Notes: generated by a model not told the origin, from the sequence alone. DNA of 64,000 bases from an uncultured virus (IMG/VR IMGVR_UViG_3300010283_000223) (IMGVR_UViG_3300010283_000223); one strand, 5' to 3'; counted from the stretch's first letter, positions 28,181 through 38,379 are shown. Numbers and translations: made by a program.

Positions 28181-28369
28181 TTATGCTACTAATTCATCGA
28201 AAATGTAATCAATCACATCGTCTGTCTGTGCTTCCGGATTTTTTCTCAGATACTCTAAGAGTTTCTTCTGGCACTCTTCATCACTTTTTACGCTCGCAAA
28301 AGAACCTTTCACGAAGTCATCGTAACTGTCAGGCACATTTCTAAGAGCCTCTTTCAATTCCTCTGCCAT
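28181..28369 (-). CDS. Small acidic protein, candidate immunity protein
   Basis: 62 aa, GGAGG RBS, immediately after the portal fusion. Confidence 0.6.
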   Translation of the reverse strand: MAEELKEALRNVPDSYDDFVKGSFASVKSDEECQKKLLEYLRKNPEAQTDDVIDYIFDELVA

Positions 28370-28379
28370 AAAGCACCTC

Positions 28380-30593
28380 CTAATCTACATTTTCAACTTT
28401 GCTAAAAATATTATATTCACCAAATCCATGGCACTCAAATGCGTAATTATAAGCAATATCATCATCCGGGTTATAGGTTGTGATCATGCCGCTACGCTTA
28501 CCATTGTATTTGGCGTGATATATATTGTTTATATCGTGGCCAACTTTTTCAGCTTCTTTAACTGAAACATTTTTAGCCGTTTTTCTCTTGTATGATTTTC
28601 CGCTGCTGTCCTTTGGTGGTTCATCGTCATCCCCGCCGCCTTCAGGCTTTCTTCCAGATCCAGGACCACCATCAGCTTCTGCTTTAATATTACTCGAAGC
28701 AGAAGATTCCGTCAACATGCATTCGTGCAGCTGCCTCATCATTTCTTCTAAGCCAAGTCTGAACGGCAAAAACAATTCCCCCTCCAGAACTTCTCCTATC
28801 TCTGCGAATCTTGCATTTTCCATTTCATCATTAAATGAAATCGGCTCTCCATAGAACTCTGTACATAAGAATACTTGGGACGGGCAATACCCTTCAGGCA
28901 TTCCGGCAATCAATGCTACCGGTATAGTCTCTGCGATATTTATTCCAAATTCCTCTCTCGTTTCCCTGATTGCCGCCTCTTCTGGTGACTCTCCTGCTTC
29001 TATGTGCCCTCCGGGACCGCAAAGGAGTCCGCTGTCTTTACGATTTCCAACCAGAATCTTTCCATCTCGCATAACAATTACTCCACATCCGGTTGGTATG
29101 ATCTGCTGTGCGGGGAATACAGGTTGCTGCATATCAGAATCTGTATTTTCAGTCTCCCGAACTTCTATATCCGGTAGTTTCTGCTGTGCCGGTAATGCCG
29201 TGTCCACTGTTTCTTCAGATTCTCCAGTTTCAGTATCGTTCCATCCTTCCTCTGAAATAATATCATTGACCGTAAACTCTCCATCCTCAGAAAGTCTTTT
29301 TCGAACCTCTTCTGCATCGATTGCCTGCATGTCAACATATATTTGCGCTGTCTGTGCCTTTACAAACTCTGTATCTGCTTTTACCTTGTCTGTATCCGCC
29401 TGCTGTTTCTCGTCCATGTTCCACAAAGGTTTGAATTCCAAATTGTAATCCGGTATTTCATCGAATTTCTTTTTGTACTTTCCAACACTAAGGATAATGT
29501 CAATCACAGTTTTTATGTTTTTCTTCAGATTAAGTTCCTGGATATTCCCGATGAATCCATAATAATTTTCCATATCTCCCTCACCGGTAGAATTTTCTCC
29601 GGCAGGAGAACGTCCAAACAATTTCGTCTGCGGGATCCCCGTGACTGCGGACAACATATTGCAAGCTGCATCGACGATATCCTTTACTCCTGAAAAAGTA
29701 ACTGTCTCATAGTGATAATCTTCTCCATCTGCATCAATGGCTATAGAATTCAATATGCCCTTGGCCATATCTATGAGATTCAGCCTTTTTAGGATTTCTT
29801 CCTCGCCATCCTCTGTAAGAATCCGTTCCGCAAGTCCCTGCATTTTATATACGGCTTGTACCGCTCTATCGAGCAGCTTTGCACCATTCCCATGGGATGT
29901 AGTAGTAACCTGTAAGTCTCTGTGTATCCGCATATATTCAGGAATTCCGAAGTACCGATATTGCTGATATGATGAATACATAGGTATTATGTTATTCCTA
30001 AATATAAGACATCTCGATTCATGAACCCTAAAGGTGCCTCCATAAATCGGGGAGATATTATAATACTCCGGCATACCACATTTGCTTCTGCCACTTCTAC
30101 CATTTTTTACTCCGCTTGTTCTGTAAATGCTGTTATAGTCAGGAGTAACAAAGGGCAGTTCAAAAACCTGCAGTTCATCAATTCCCTGAATATTATCCCA
30201 ATCGACAGGATCGTCAAGCTCTCCTCCATCGTCAATAAACATCACCATTATGGAACCGCCGAACAGCCTAGCCCATTTAAGAGCTTCCGCAGCCTTCGCT
30301 TTGAAATCCAACTCATCCAGTGATTTATCAATAAAGGTCGTAATGTCCACATCGGATATGTTATAATTACACCCTCCCCTTACTGCATCATCTGCAGGAA
30401 TGTCTATAATCTTTGCGAACAATCCATTTTCTTCGTAGTTGATTTCCAAGTCTACATCTGATACGATTCCGTCTGACTCAAATGCATAATGTTCGGAGGC
30501 GTCATTCTTGGTGCCGTACTTGTTTAACAGGTTTTTGTACCCGTCACTTCGTATTTCTTTCTGATTTTCCTTAGTCTTTTCTTCGTTCTGCAT
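28380..30593 (-). CDS. Portal protein (DUF1073-like) fused to a Nudix hydrolase and a C-terminal extra domain
   Basis: Portal motifs WARLFGG, VHESR, IPQTKLFGRSPAG; perfect Nudix box GHIEAGESPEEAAIRETREEFGI at 29009-28941. Confidence 0.88.
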   Translation of the reverse strand: MQNEEKTKENQKEIRSDGYKNLLNKYGTKNDASEHYAFESDGIVSDVDLEINYEENGLFAKIIDIPADDAVRGGCNYNISDVDITTFIDKSLDELDFKAKAAEALKWARLFGGSIMVMFIDDGGELDDPVDWDNIQGIDELQVFELPFVTPDYNSIYRTSGVKNGRSGRSKCGMPEYYNISPIYGGTFRVHESRCLIFRNNIIPMYSSYQQYRYFGIPEYMRIHRDLQVTTTSHGNGAKLLDRAVQAVYKMQGLAERILTEDGEEEILKRLNLIDMAKGILNSIAIDADGEDYHYETVTFSGVKDIVDAACNMLSAVTGIPQTKLFGRSPAGENSTGEGDMENYYGFIGNIQELNLKKNIKTVIDIILSVGKYKKKFDEIPDYNLEFKPLWNMDEKQQADTDKVKADTEFVKAQTAQIYVDMQAIDAEEVRKRLSEDGEFTVNDIISEEGWNDTETGESEETVDTALPAQQKLPDIEVRETENTDSDMQQPVFPAQQIIPTGCGVIVMRDGKILVGNRKDSGLLCGPGGHIEAGESPEEAAIRETREEFGINIAETIPVALIAGMPEGYCPSQVFLCTEFYGEPISFNDEMENARFAEIGEVLEGELFLPFRLGLEEMMRQLHECMLTESSASSNIKAEADGGPGSGRKPEGGGDDDEPPKDSSGKSYKRKTAKNVSVKEAEKVGHDINNIYHAKYNGKRSGMITTYNPDDDIAYNYAFECHGFGEYNIFSKVENVD
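28687..28715 (-). promoter_or_regulatory. Internal sigma70-type promoter in the 3' part of the portal gene
   Basis: TTGACG-17 bp-TAATAT. Confidence 0.55.
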
Positions 30594-30604
30594 CCTATCA
30601 CCTC

Positions 30605-32041
30605 CTAATTTGTCAGACCGCTAATGTCAAATTGTTTCTTCTCATAGCAAGAAAGAGCAACTGCATCCGCCCTGTCCGGCGAATCAATCCCTCTCTTTTT
30701 CATTTCCTCTTTGCTTTCAAGCTGTATTTTTCCTCTGCTCGTAAGCCTATATTTTCTGCACGATAACTGCGCTACAAGCTCATTGTCATTCTCAAGCGAC
30801 AGTTCTTCGAGCCTTAATTTATCCTTTACGCTTCCCCATAAGTAACTTGTCATGTTGTCATAAATGTCACACGCTTTTACTTTGTTTCTTCCATCCTCCA
30901 CGACATCATCCGGCACCTTTCCGGCAGCATTAACCGGAACTATAACCATTCTGATGAGCTTCTCTTCCCTCTTTACCTCTTCCAAACGATCAGTTACACC
31001 ACCTCCGAGTCCGCAATCATCGATATTCACATATATCTTTCCTCTATACGCCGGGAAACTGACTATCGTTTCCCTGTACATATGTACTATCTTACCGACT
31101 GTGGTCATGAGGCTTTGCCCTCTAAACTTTATCGGAAGGGTAATATTTCCACCTACATTCCTCGCTATGATCGTTTCATCAGAGCCATATCTGGCCACAT
31201 CGACACCAAGCGAAATCCTTCTTACTGGTTCTCCTTCTGGCAGATCAAGCATTGTACAATGTTCAATGATGGACAGTCCGATAAATACATCATCTTCCTG
31301 TTTTGGGAATTCTCCGAATACTCTGACAAGTACCACATTACTTTCTCTTCCGTATTTCTTTATCAGCGACTGTATATTTTCCTTATTTGTCCTCGGACTA
31401 TCTGCAGATGATACTGTGTGGCATTTATAAATAGCTCTATCACCATTGAAAGCATCATAAAAAGTGCCGGAGGTCCTAGTTGGGTTCCCGCACATCAAAA
31501 GCTTATTGTTATCTCCAGATAATGTTCCGAGTATGGCCTCCATGATCGGATCAGCAACACCAGAAGCTTCGTCTACTATGAACAGCATGTTATCTTCGTG
31601 AAAACCTTGCATATTCTCAGGCTTTGTTGCAGTTCTTGCTACAGCAAACCAACGCTTTTCGTTTCCAACCATGTAGATATAGGTCTTTGTCCATTTTAGG
31701 ATATCTGATAGCAAAGGAGACTTGCTCATCCACTTGCTCACCTCAGACCACAGAACATCGTGAAGCTGCTGCTTTGTCGGCGCTGTTGCAACAATCCTCG
31801 GATACGGGTAGCAAGTCAGAAACCACAGAAGCGCCACTGCCTCCATACCTGTCTTTCCAACACCCTGTCCTGACTTGATAGCAACTTTGGGATTCTCTGC
31901 CAAATCCATTAAGGCTTTTCTTTGCCATTCGTCTGGTTTAAATAGCAGCACTTCCCTTGCAAATAACACCGGATTTTTCCTATATACAGGGATCCTCTTT
32001 CTAAAGAATTGCTGCCTCAAGGCTCGTGATCTCTTATCCAT
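30605..32041 (-). CDS. terL: Terminase large subunit
   Basis: SGQGVGKT Walker A, IVDEASG, GNPT, GVDVARYG, SPDRADA. Confidence 0.93.
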   Translation of the reverse strand: MDKRSRALRQQFFRKRIPVYRKNPVLFAREVLLFKPDEWQRKALMDLAENPKVAIKSGQGVGKTGMEAVALLWFLTCYPYPRIVATAPTKQQLHDVLWSEVSKWMSKSPLLSDILKWTKTYIYMVGNEKRWFAVARTATKPENMQGFHEDNMLFIVDEASGVADPIMEAILGTLSGDNNKLLMCGNPTRTSGTFYDAFNGDRAIYKCHTVSSADSPRTNKENIQSLIKKYGRESNVVLVRVFGEFPKQEDDVFIGLSIIEHCTMLDLPEGEPVRRISLGVDVARYGSDETIIARNVGGNITLPIKFRGQSLMTTVGKIVHMYRETIVSFPAYRGKIYVNIDDCGLGGGVTDRLEEVKREEKLIRMVIVPVNAAGKVPDDVVEDGRNKVKACDIYDNMTSYLWGSVKDKLRLEELSLENDNELVAQLSCRKYRLTSRGKIQLESKEEMKKRGIDSPDRADAVALSCYEKKQFDISGLTN

Positions 32042-32891
32042 TTTCGCTCACATCCTCTCCCAATACAGCTGCAATCCAATCGTCAACGGCATCATTTCCG
32101 GCATTCTCGCTATCCAATCTCGCTTTTTCCATGCGGTATTTAGATAGTGCTTCAATCGCCTTTGTTTTTTTAGCTTGCACATTAGATAGCTCAGATTCGA
32201 GGCGGGCTATGATATTGTCCTTATTTTCAGTCTGGGTAAATGTACTGTATTCTCTTCCAGGCATCCTCTCCTCTTTTTTGATACTTTCTGCTATCCTGCG
32301 ATCATACTCCTCTTTATCAGCTTTTTTCTGTTCCTCTGTACCATCAAAAGTTCTTTTTCTTTCTCCTCTCTGTGTAAAGCTCAGGGCAACAGGCTCTGCA
32401 GAATTTCTGTATTTGTTGATAGCCTGCATCAAACGACGTTCTCGGACACTGAATAGTTTTATCTGCTCCATGAGCAATATTTCTGTATCATCCGATAACT
32501 CATCAATGAGTTGCTTTTCTTCATCTGACAGCGTATCCCAATATACAGAAGAATAACATCCATGCTTTATGGGAGGCTTAGGATGTGGATTCCCACGTCC
32601 TCCCTTTGCATTCTGGTTTCCTTTTGGGGCTCCTCTTTTTGGTGGAACGCTCCCTTTACCTTTTGTGGAACGCTCCACTGGTTTTTTTTTGCTCTTTTCA
32701 GTATTGTTAGGGTGTAACTTTGCCTCCCACCCGTCCAGTGACTTCCACTTGCGAACTTTATTGTCTGGGAGCCCTAATTTCTCAGCAATCTCTACCAGTT
32801 TCAAACTTCCCTTACTATCAAGGTACATCTGTTCTGCTCTCTTGCGCTCCTCACTTCTTTTGTCCACATCTGGACTCCTTGGTGTCGGCAT
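32034..32891 (-). CDS. terS: Terminase small subunit
   Basis: N-terminal HTH (VRKWKS.DGW), GAPKGNQNA, KHG. Confidence 0.85.
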   Translation of the reverse strand: MPTPRSPDVDKRSEERKRAEQMYLDSKGSLKLVEIAEKLGLPDNKVRKWKSLDGWEAKLHPNNTEKSKKKPVERSTKGKGSVPPKRGAPKGNQNAKGGRGNPHPKPPIKHGCYSSVYWDTLSDEEKQLIDELSDDTEILLMEQIKLFSVRERRLMQAINKYRNSAEPVALSFTQRGERKRTFDGTEEQKKADKEEYDRRIAESIKKEERMPGREYSTFTQTENKDNIIARLESELSNVQAKKTKAIEALSKYRMEKARLDSENAGNDAVDDWIAAVLGEDVSENG

Positions 32892-32991
32892 TTACCTCCC
32901 TCCTTGCTATTTTGATTTCTTTCGTGTATACGAAAAGAGCGGAAGATATTCTCAACCGCTCTCTTTTCAACGTATATTGCACGATTTAACA

Positions 32992-33510
32992 TTAAAACTT
33001 CGTTATATACTCGGCTTTTGAATAGTTTTCCCGACCTTTTACCATCATCTTCAAAAAATCCTCTTTTGAGAAGTCTGATAGCCTAAAAATCTCTTCAGGT
33101 TTCATGCCAAGTTGTTTTCCTATTTCCTCAATACTTTTACCTTCATTCATAAGGTCTTTTACAATAGCCTTCATCGGTTCCAGTAAGTGAGTACCACGTG
33201 CCCGATTATGCGTAACTGTTCCATACATATCCTCAGATTTTTCAGAATGCTCCACAATTACTACAGGTACCATACCTCCAAGCATGGTAATAAGTGGTTC
33301 CTGCCCAGCCACAGTCCAACGATGATATCCATCAATAATCGTATAGTCTGGGCGAACAACAATAGGTAGTGTCCATCCATTTGTAAGAATAGACTGCTTT
33401 AGCAACTCCAGGTTCTGCTTTGATACCTTATTGGGGTTCCAACTGTTTGCCCGGAGCTTATTTCTATCTACCCAATGCATGGTAGACAATGGTTTTTTCA
33501 AATCATTCAA
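32992..33510 (-). CDS. ParB/Srx-fold protein, IbrB-like
   Basis: N.WNPN, GWTLPIV, IIDGYHRW, THNRARGTH; likely TTG start at 33510. Confidence 0.85.
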   Translation of the reverse strand: MNDLKKPLSTMHWVDRNKLRANSWNPNKVSKQNLELLKQSILTNGWTLPIVVRPDYTIIDGYHRWTVAGQEPLITMLGGMVPVVIVEHSEKSEDMYGTVTHNRARGTHLLEPMKAIVKDLMNEGKSIEEIGKQLGMKPEEIFRLSDFSKEDFLKMMVKGRENYSKAEYITKF

Positions 33511-34651
33511 CCCGCTTCGCCTCCTCCCTTTTAGCCTCTGAAATGTATCGGCCATATATTCTCTGAAATAACGCTCGGTAGGTGCGCAGCTTTGGATCTC
33601 CTGATATGAGTCCCTCGTAAATAATTTTATAATCTTTTTCTGTTGCAATAGGGGCTACTCTTATGAAAAAGTTCCTGTATTTGGATGCAATCTGTCGCTT
33701 ATGCTCCGTAGTAAAATACACATCCATGTTATTGAACATCTTTATAAGCTCTGCCTTATAATCTTTTTTGTCGGAATCTGCTTCGATTGATCTTCTTGTC
33801 GCGGAGTTCCTTCCAAACATCTCGCTGTCCCAATAAAGGGCTGCGAGATATGCGTTTGGTTCCCTTCGAATTACCCTTTCCATCAGATCTGGGTAATACT
33901 CATTCATCTTTACAAGGCTTCTAGCTGTATCTATAGAAAAGAACTGTGATACTCTCAACTGTCCTTTCCTTGTTCCTGCTTGCCATAAATACAGATAAAT
34001 ATCCGGTATCTCCACATGTTCATTAAGAAGGTAAAGCCAGACATCATTATTGGTCCAATCATAGATCGGAAATATCTGGTGTTTTGCTGTCATGGTTTTT
34101 CCCGCTCTTGTCATTGTAGCGATATTCTGTAATCGCTGAACGGACTCTGCTGTCCTGATACCTGTCATTGTTATTCCACTCTGACAGGTCCTTGGAAGAA
34201 AGTCCTGGTACGTTTCCACCCTCGGCTTAAGTAGTTGGTGGCTTCTGATTGCAAATGAGGGAGGCTGTCTTACCCAGACATCTTCCTTTTCTCTGTCCCA
34301 ACATATGAATGATTCATCATTGGAAAGCTCATTAAAACAGTTGTAATGCCTGACTTCCAAACAATACCACTCAAATTTAGCCCCCATCAGAATAAATCGC
34401 TTTCTCCAGTTTTTCACTGTCTTTTCTATGCATGGGAATATTGCTTCCTCATCGATAAACTGCACGACCAACTGAGAGGGATTTACCTTTCCCCTCTGCA
34501 CAAGGTTGTACACAAGCTGAGCCATACACAAACTGTCCTTCCCGCCGGAAAAAGACATAAATACAGGAAGACCATTGTTAAAAACATTGGTGATCCGTAT
34601 CTCGGCTGCTTTTACAACATCAATGCTGGACTCTCGTCTTTTTACAGCCAT
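33503..34651 (-). CDS. PAPS-reductase-fold protein, IbrA-like
   Basis: SFSGGKDS PP-loop, FIDEE, GIRTAES..R, PIYDW...DVW. Confidence 0.85.
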   Translation of the reverse strand: MAVKRRESSIDVVKAAEIRITNVFNNGLPVFMSFSGGKDSLCMAQLVYNLVQRGKVNPSQLVVQFIDEEAIFPCIEKTVKNWRKRFILMGAKFEWYCLEVRHYNCFNELSNDESFICWDREKEDVWVRQPPSFAIRSHQLLKPRVETYQDFLPRTCQSGITMTGIRTAESVQRLQNIATMTRAGKTMTAKHQIFPIYDWTNNDVWLYLLNEHVEIPDIYLYLWQAGTRKGQLRVSQFFSIDTARSLVKMNEYYPDLMERVIRREPNAYLAALYWDSEMFGRNSATRRSIEADSDKKDYKAELIKMFNNMDVYFTTEHKRQIASKYRNFFIRVAPIATEKDYKIIYEGLISGDPKLRTYRALFQRIYGRYISEAKREEAKRVE

Positions 34652-35283
34652 ATTTTCTCACCGCATTTAGGACAGATGGCAAATTTCTTAACATCGGCGG
34701 CTTCGCCATCTTCCCCATTATCAGTATCCCCTGCAGATTGCAGAGGTACTTCTGATGCAGTGTATGCAACGCCGGTATTTGGATTTTCTTCTCCATGCTC
34801 CGGCAACGATGCCTTTTCATTTTTCTCCTTAATGGCTTTGATTTCTTCATCATCCAAAGTTCCATACGAAGAAAGTTTCTCTGTGATATCATCTGCTTCT
34901 GATACCATCTGCTTCAATATTTCGGAATCATATCCCGGAATATCTAAATCATCATGTAGATCCTCCAGGAATGAATTCAACGTATCAAGGTTTTCAATAC
35001 CTAGTGAGAAAATCTTGTTATCTGCTATCATAAGTTTCTTTTTCTGATTTTCCGTCAGGTCATAATATTGATAAACCTCTGCCTCTTCATACTCCAAACG
35101 AAGTAAAGTATCGTAAAGTCCGTTGCCGGCCAGAATAACGTTGTTCTCGTCAATGACAATCGGTCTTATCTGACCAAACATCTTTACACTTCTTTCAAAC
35201 TCACGGAGCTGCTGCTCTGTGTGAATCCGCACGTTCTTCTCCGGTTTGTGAAGTTCTGATAATCTTTTGGTTGTAATTTTCAT
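34642..35283 (-). CDS. ParB N-terminal domain protein with C-terminal Zn ribbon
   Basis: N.RIH, FGQIRPIV, ILAGNG, IADNK, CPKCG. Confidence 0.85.
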   Translation of the reverse strand: MKITTKRLSELHKPEKNVRIHTEQQLREFERSVKMFGQIRPIVIDENNVILAGNGLYDTLLRLEYEEAEVYQYYDLTENQKKKLMIADNKIFSLGIENLDTLNSFLEDLHDDLDIPGYDSEILKQMVSEADDITEKLSSYGTLDDEEIKAIKEKNEKASLPEHGEENPNTGVAYTASEVPLQSAGDTDNGEDGEAADVKKFAICPKCGEKIWL

Positions 35284-35329
35284 ATTTCCTCCATTTCTGA
35301 AGGACAATGACGTTTCCGGCTGCAACCGG

Positions 35330-36118
35330 TTATTTTATAGAATCAAAAAACCGCTTAGCACCTTCAAAGTGTTTTGCGGCCTCTTGCACAATACTTTTAT
35401 CTATTTCATATACTTCTTTCCATCCTTGTTCCTCTGTTTTCATATACTGTCGAGCCGGCCAAGGATGTGTACCACACAGATATCCTTTCTCCCATCCATA
35501 GATAGGCGGAACTGGAAGTTTGTAATAATGGATATAGGCAAGTATCTCTTCGTGGGTCCAATCTGCCAGTGGGCTGAATCTCGTAATTCCTCTGGTATTT
35601 GTATATGTATTGGATCCTCTTCCAACATAATTTCCATCTGCTCTTCTCCTTCCAAGCAGAATCATATCCAGATTGCATTCCCTGTAATACTTTTCCTGGG
35701 CTCTGTGCTGTACTATTTTAAACCATGTGGCCGCTGTCTTGGCATCCTTTGGGAAAAGCATTTCTGGATGTAATTTCAACCATTCAATATCCTGCCCTGT
35801 ATTAACAATAGTAAGACCCTCCGGTGCATTCTCCCTCGCCCATGCCTCAAATGCCGGATATTCCAGGTTGCATACGGCAAGCACGCATTTCTTGATGCCG
35901 GCTTTCTCGCAAATCTTGCCAAGCACAATACTGTCCTTTCCCGCACTCCATCCATAGGCAACGTTCTTACCAGCCGTCTTTTCTTTAATGTCTTTGACGG
36001 TTTGCCTCACTTTTGAATCCAAGGCTTTTTTTGATACAACCTTCTCAATATTTGCCACAGCTTCAACCCATGCATCATTTCTTATTCTCTGCTTTCTTCC
36101 CAAAGCTTCATTTCCCAT
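35330..36118 (-). CDS. Second PAPS-reductase-fold protein
   Basis: WSAGKDS, LGRRRADG, PLADW. Confidence 0.8.
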   Translation of the reverse strand: MGNEALGRKQRIRNDAWVEAVANIEKVVSKKALDSKVRQTVKDIKEKTAGKNVAYGWSAGKDSIVLGKICEKAGIKKCVLAVCNLEYPAFEAWARENAPEGLTIVNTGQDIEWLKLHPEMLFPKDAKTAATWFKIVQHRAQEKYYRECNLDMILLGRRRADGNYVGRGSNTYTNTRGITRFSPLADWTHEEILAYIHYYKLPVPPIYGWEKGYLCGTHPWPARQYMKTEEQGWKEVYEIDKSIVQEAAKHFEGAKRFFDSIK

Positions 36119-37505
36119 TTTGTATCACACCTCCTGTTTTTAAGGTATGTGATACAGCAATGGCGATTATTCCAGCCGAGAGCACAGTCAATAGGCTTCC
36201 CGCTGTTTTATATGCTGCAATGTTATAAATGTTGCCATAGGCGAAAATAGGAAGCCCTACAACCAACGCAAATACAATTCCTGTAGTAACTCCCTTCGCA
36301 GTCAACTTGACACCCTTTAATGTAAAGACCGTTGGAAGCATAGTTGCTGCTCTTAGCGTTCCATACATCAGAAACAGATGCGTCACCGTCAATCCCGGAA
36401 TGTTTGCAACTGCGATTCCCACAAGAAGTAAACAGATCATGGCTATTTTCCCAAAAGTTGAGGTTTTTTTCGTCTTAATGTCTGTCGTAAGAGATGCGAT
36501 GGCGCATAAATTACTGTCAATTGTTGACAAAAGCCCTGACACAACCATAAACAGAAATGGGACAACCGCCCAACTTGAAAACAATGTGCTTATTAGCTCA
36601 AAGTTAATTACTCCTGTATCGGTTGCAACGTATCCTGTTCCCGCTCCGATAAATCCAAGAATTCCCATAGACAGCGGAACAATACCGAATAGCAACGCTC
36701 CAACCAAAAAAGCCCTGCCTATATGATTTTTCTTTACGCAGAACGCCCTTTGCCAGAAACATTGATCACCAAACGGACCAGAAAGAAGTCCTACTGTTGT
36801 TGGAAGTCCAAAGCCAAGGAATATTTCCCATCCTCTTTCCGACACAAGTGAGAATCCATCACCATTGATTCCTCCCAGACCACTAGCCCAAGTATCCATG
36901 CCCCCTGCATTCCAGGTACCGAATACCACAAAACATACGCTTGTGATCAGCATAAATATCATTTGAATAGCGTCTGTAAGGATTGATGCCTTTATTCCGG
37001 AAAACTGAGAATATGAGAATGCTATGGCAGCCATTATAATTGTCATTAGCCAGAATGGAATTCCGGTAATCATACTCAATATCTTGCTTCCGGCCAAAAG
37101 TTGAACTCCTGTTGATAATGCAGATAACGCCCCCAGCTGGAACAGATAAATGTTCCTCACTGATTTGGATTTATACTTCGCATACATATATCCGGACAAT
37201 GTGATGCCATGTGGCATTTCTGCTCTTATTTTTCTTGCAAAAGGTATGAATAAGATCAGACATAAAACATTTGGGACCAAAAACCAGAAGAGCCCTGCAA
37301 AGCCCTTCGTGTAGGCATTCTCAGTTGACGTAAACAGTGCCGGCGCCCATATCCAGGTAGCTGCTATGCTCAATGCTGATACAAACCACCCTATGTTACG
37401 GTCTCCGACACAAAATCTTTCCATGTTTCTTTCTTTATTTGTCATTAGTATTGTTGCACCCACCATAATGAGTGCATAGATAATCAGAACAATTATCCCT
37501 GTCAT
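36108..37505 (-). CDS. Sodium:solute symporter family transporter
   Basis: About 12-13 TM segments; SIAATW, GIKASILTDAIQ, DQCFWQR, SGLLSTIDS. Confidence 0.88.
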   Translation of the reverse strand: MTGIIVLIIYALIMVGATILMTNKERNMERFCVGDRNIGWFVSALSIAATWIWAPALFTSTENAYTKGFAGLFWFLVPNVLCLILFIPFARKIRAEMPHGITLSGYMYAKYKSKSVRNIYLFQLGALSALSTGVQLLAGSKILSMITGIPFWLMTIIMAAIAFSYSQFSGIKASILTDAIQMIFMLITSVCFVVFGTWNAGGMDTWASGLGGINGDGFSLVSERGWEIFLGFGLPTTVGLLSGPFGDQCFWQRAFCVKKNHIGRAFLVGALLFGIVPLSMGILGFIGAGTGYVATDTGVINFELISTLFSSWAVVPFLFMVVSGLLSTIDSNLCAIASLTTDIKTKKTSTFGKIAMICLLLVGIAVANIPGLTVTHLFLMYGTLRAATMLPTVFTLKGVKLTAKGVTTGIVFALVVGLPIFAYGNIYNIAAYKTAGSLLTVLSAGIIAIAVSHTLKTGGVIQNGK

Positions 37506-37654
37506 TTTTTTACCTCCTTCAATTAGTTTGAAGGAGCAAAAACCCCGGGACTCTATTCCCGGGGTGTGTTGACTGATATGATTTTACGCATACAAGATAA
37601 CATTTTATATATTACGGTGTCAACCGATACTTTTTCGGATACGGATGTTATACG

Positions 37655-38260
37655 TTATGTCAAACCATCCACGCCAAATATCAGGGCCGAGAGTCTTTCA
37701 ATGGCTATTTTTTCGTCTGTATAGGTGGTGTCTGATGAAATATTCCACTTATCCATAAGTTCTTTTCTGGTTACTTTCGGATCTGATATGTATAATCCAT
37801 AAATAATATCATACCTTCTCTTGTCGATTTCATTTCCTGATTGTTCGCAGCATATCTGATACATATGAATCATAGTCTTTACATGGCTTACGATAATGGC
37901 CGTTCTCGTTGCGCTGGTCTTTATACTTTCCACGATAACCTCATCATTATACATGTTCATCATATTATCCAAAATATCAGCTGCTGATTCCTCCATCTGG
38001 CTTCGACCAAATACAGAATTCTCCGCATTAATCCGCAGCATACGGTAATTTCTAAGAAGCAACTTCGTGTTATGGTATCTCTTGTCTCTATGCTTTTTCT
38101 GCCTGTCTTTTAATTCCATCTCATACCTATCAATTCCAGCTTTCGCACCTGCTATAGCTGCCTTTTCCATGAGTTCCTGCAGTTCCTCCTTTGACAGCGT
38201 GATGAGCATAACCCTTTCCTTATCTGTTTCCATAAAATAGACCTCCTTATACATATACAT
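37655..38260 (-). CDS. Probable late transcriptional regulator (RinA/ArpU-like)
   Basis: TKLLLRNY, C-terminal HTH-like segment, LS.LIFGVDG; at the early/late junction. Confidence 0.6.
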   Translation of the reverse strand: MYMYKEVYFMETDKERVMLITLSKEELQELMEKAAIAGAKAGIDRYEMELKDRQKKHRDKRYHNTKLLLRNYRMLRINAENSVFGRSQMEESAADILDNMMNMYNDEVIVESIKTSATRTAIIVSHVKTMIHMYQICCEQSGNEIDKRRYDIIYGLYISDPKVTRKELMDKWNISSDTTYTDEKIAIERLSALIFGVDGLT

Positions 38261-38379
38261 TTATCCATTTGTACGTCTCTCAAGAAGGCCTTTCTTCCTG
38301 CATCTTAGGTATTGTTGAATGATTACATTATAGCAATTTATTCTATGAAAGTATATATATTTTCTATTTTATTGAAGTT

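Noticed and set aside
32026..32556. 176 aa ORF listed on the minus strand
   Set aside because: Its translation actually reads from the plus strand at 32026; it is an antisense shadow of terS
32992..35283. ParB genes as a plasmid-prophage partition system
   Set aside because: No ParA or parS seen, an integrase is present, and the context is PAPS-reductase-fold enzymes
33503..36118. PAPS-reductase-like genes as sulfate-assimilation auxiliary metabolic genes (cysH)
   Set aside because: Neither has the C-terminal ECGLH catalytic motif; only the adenylation fold is shared
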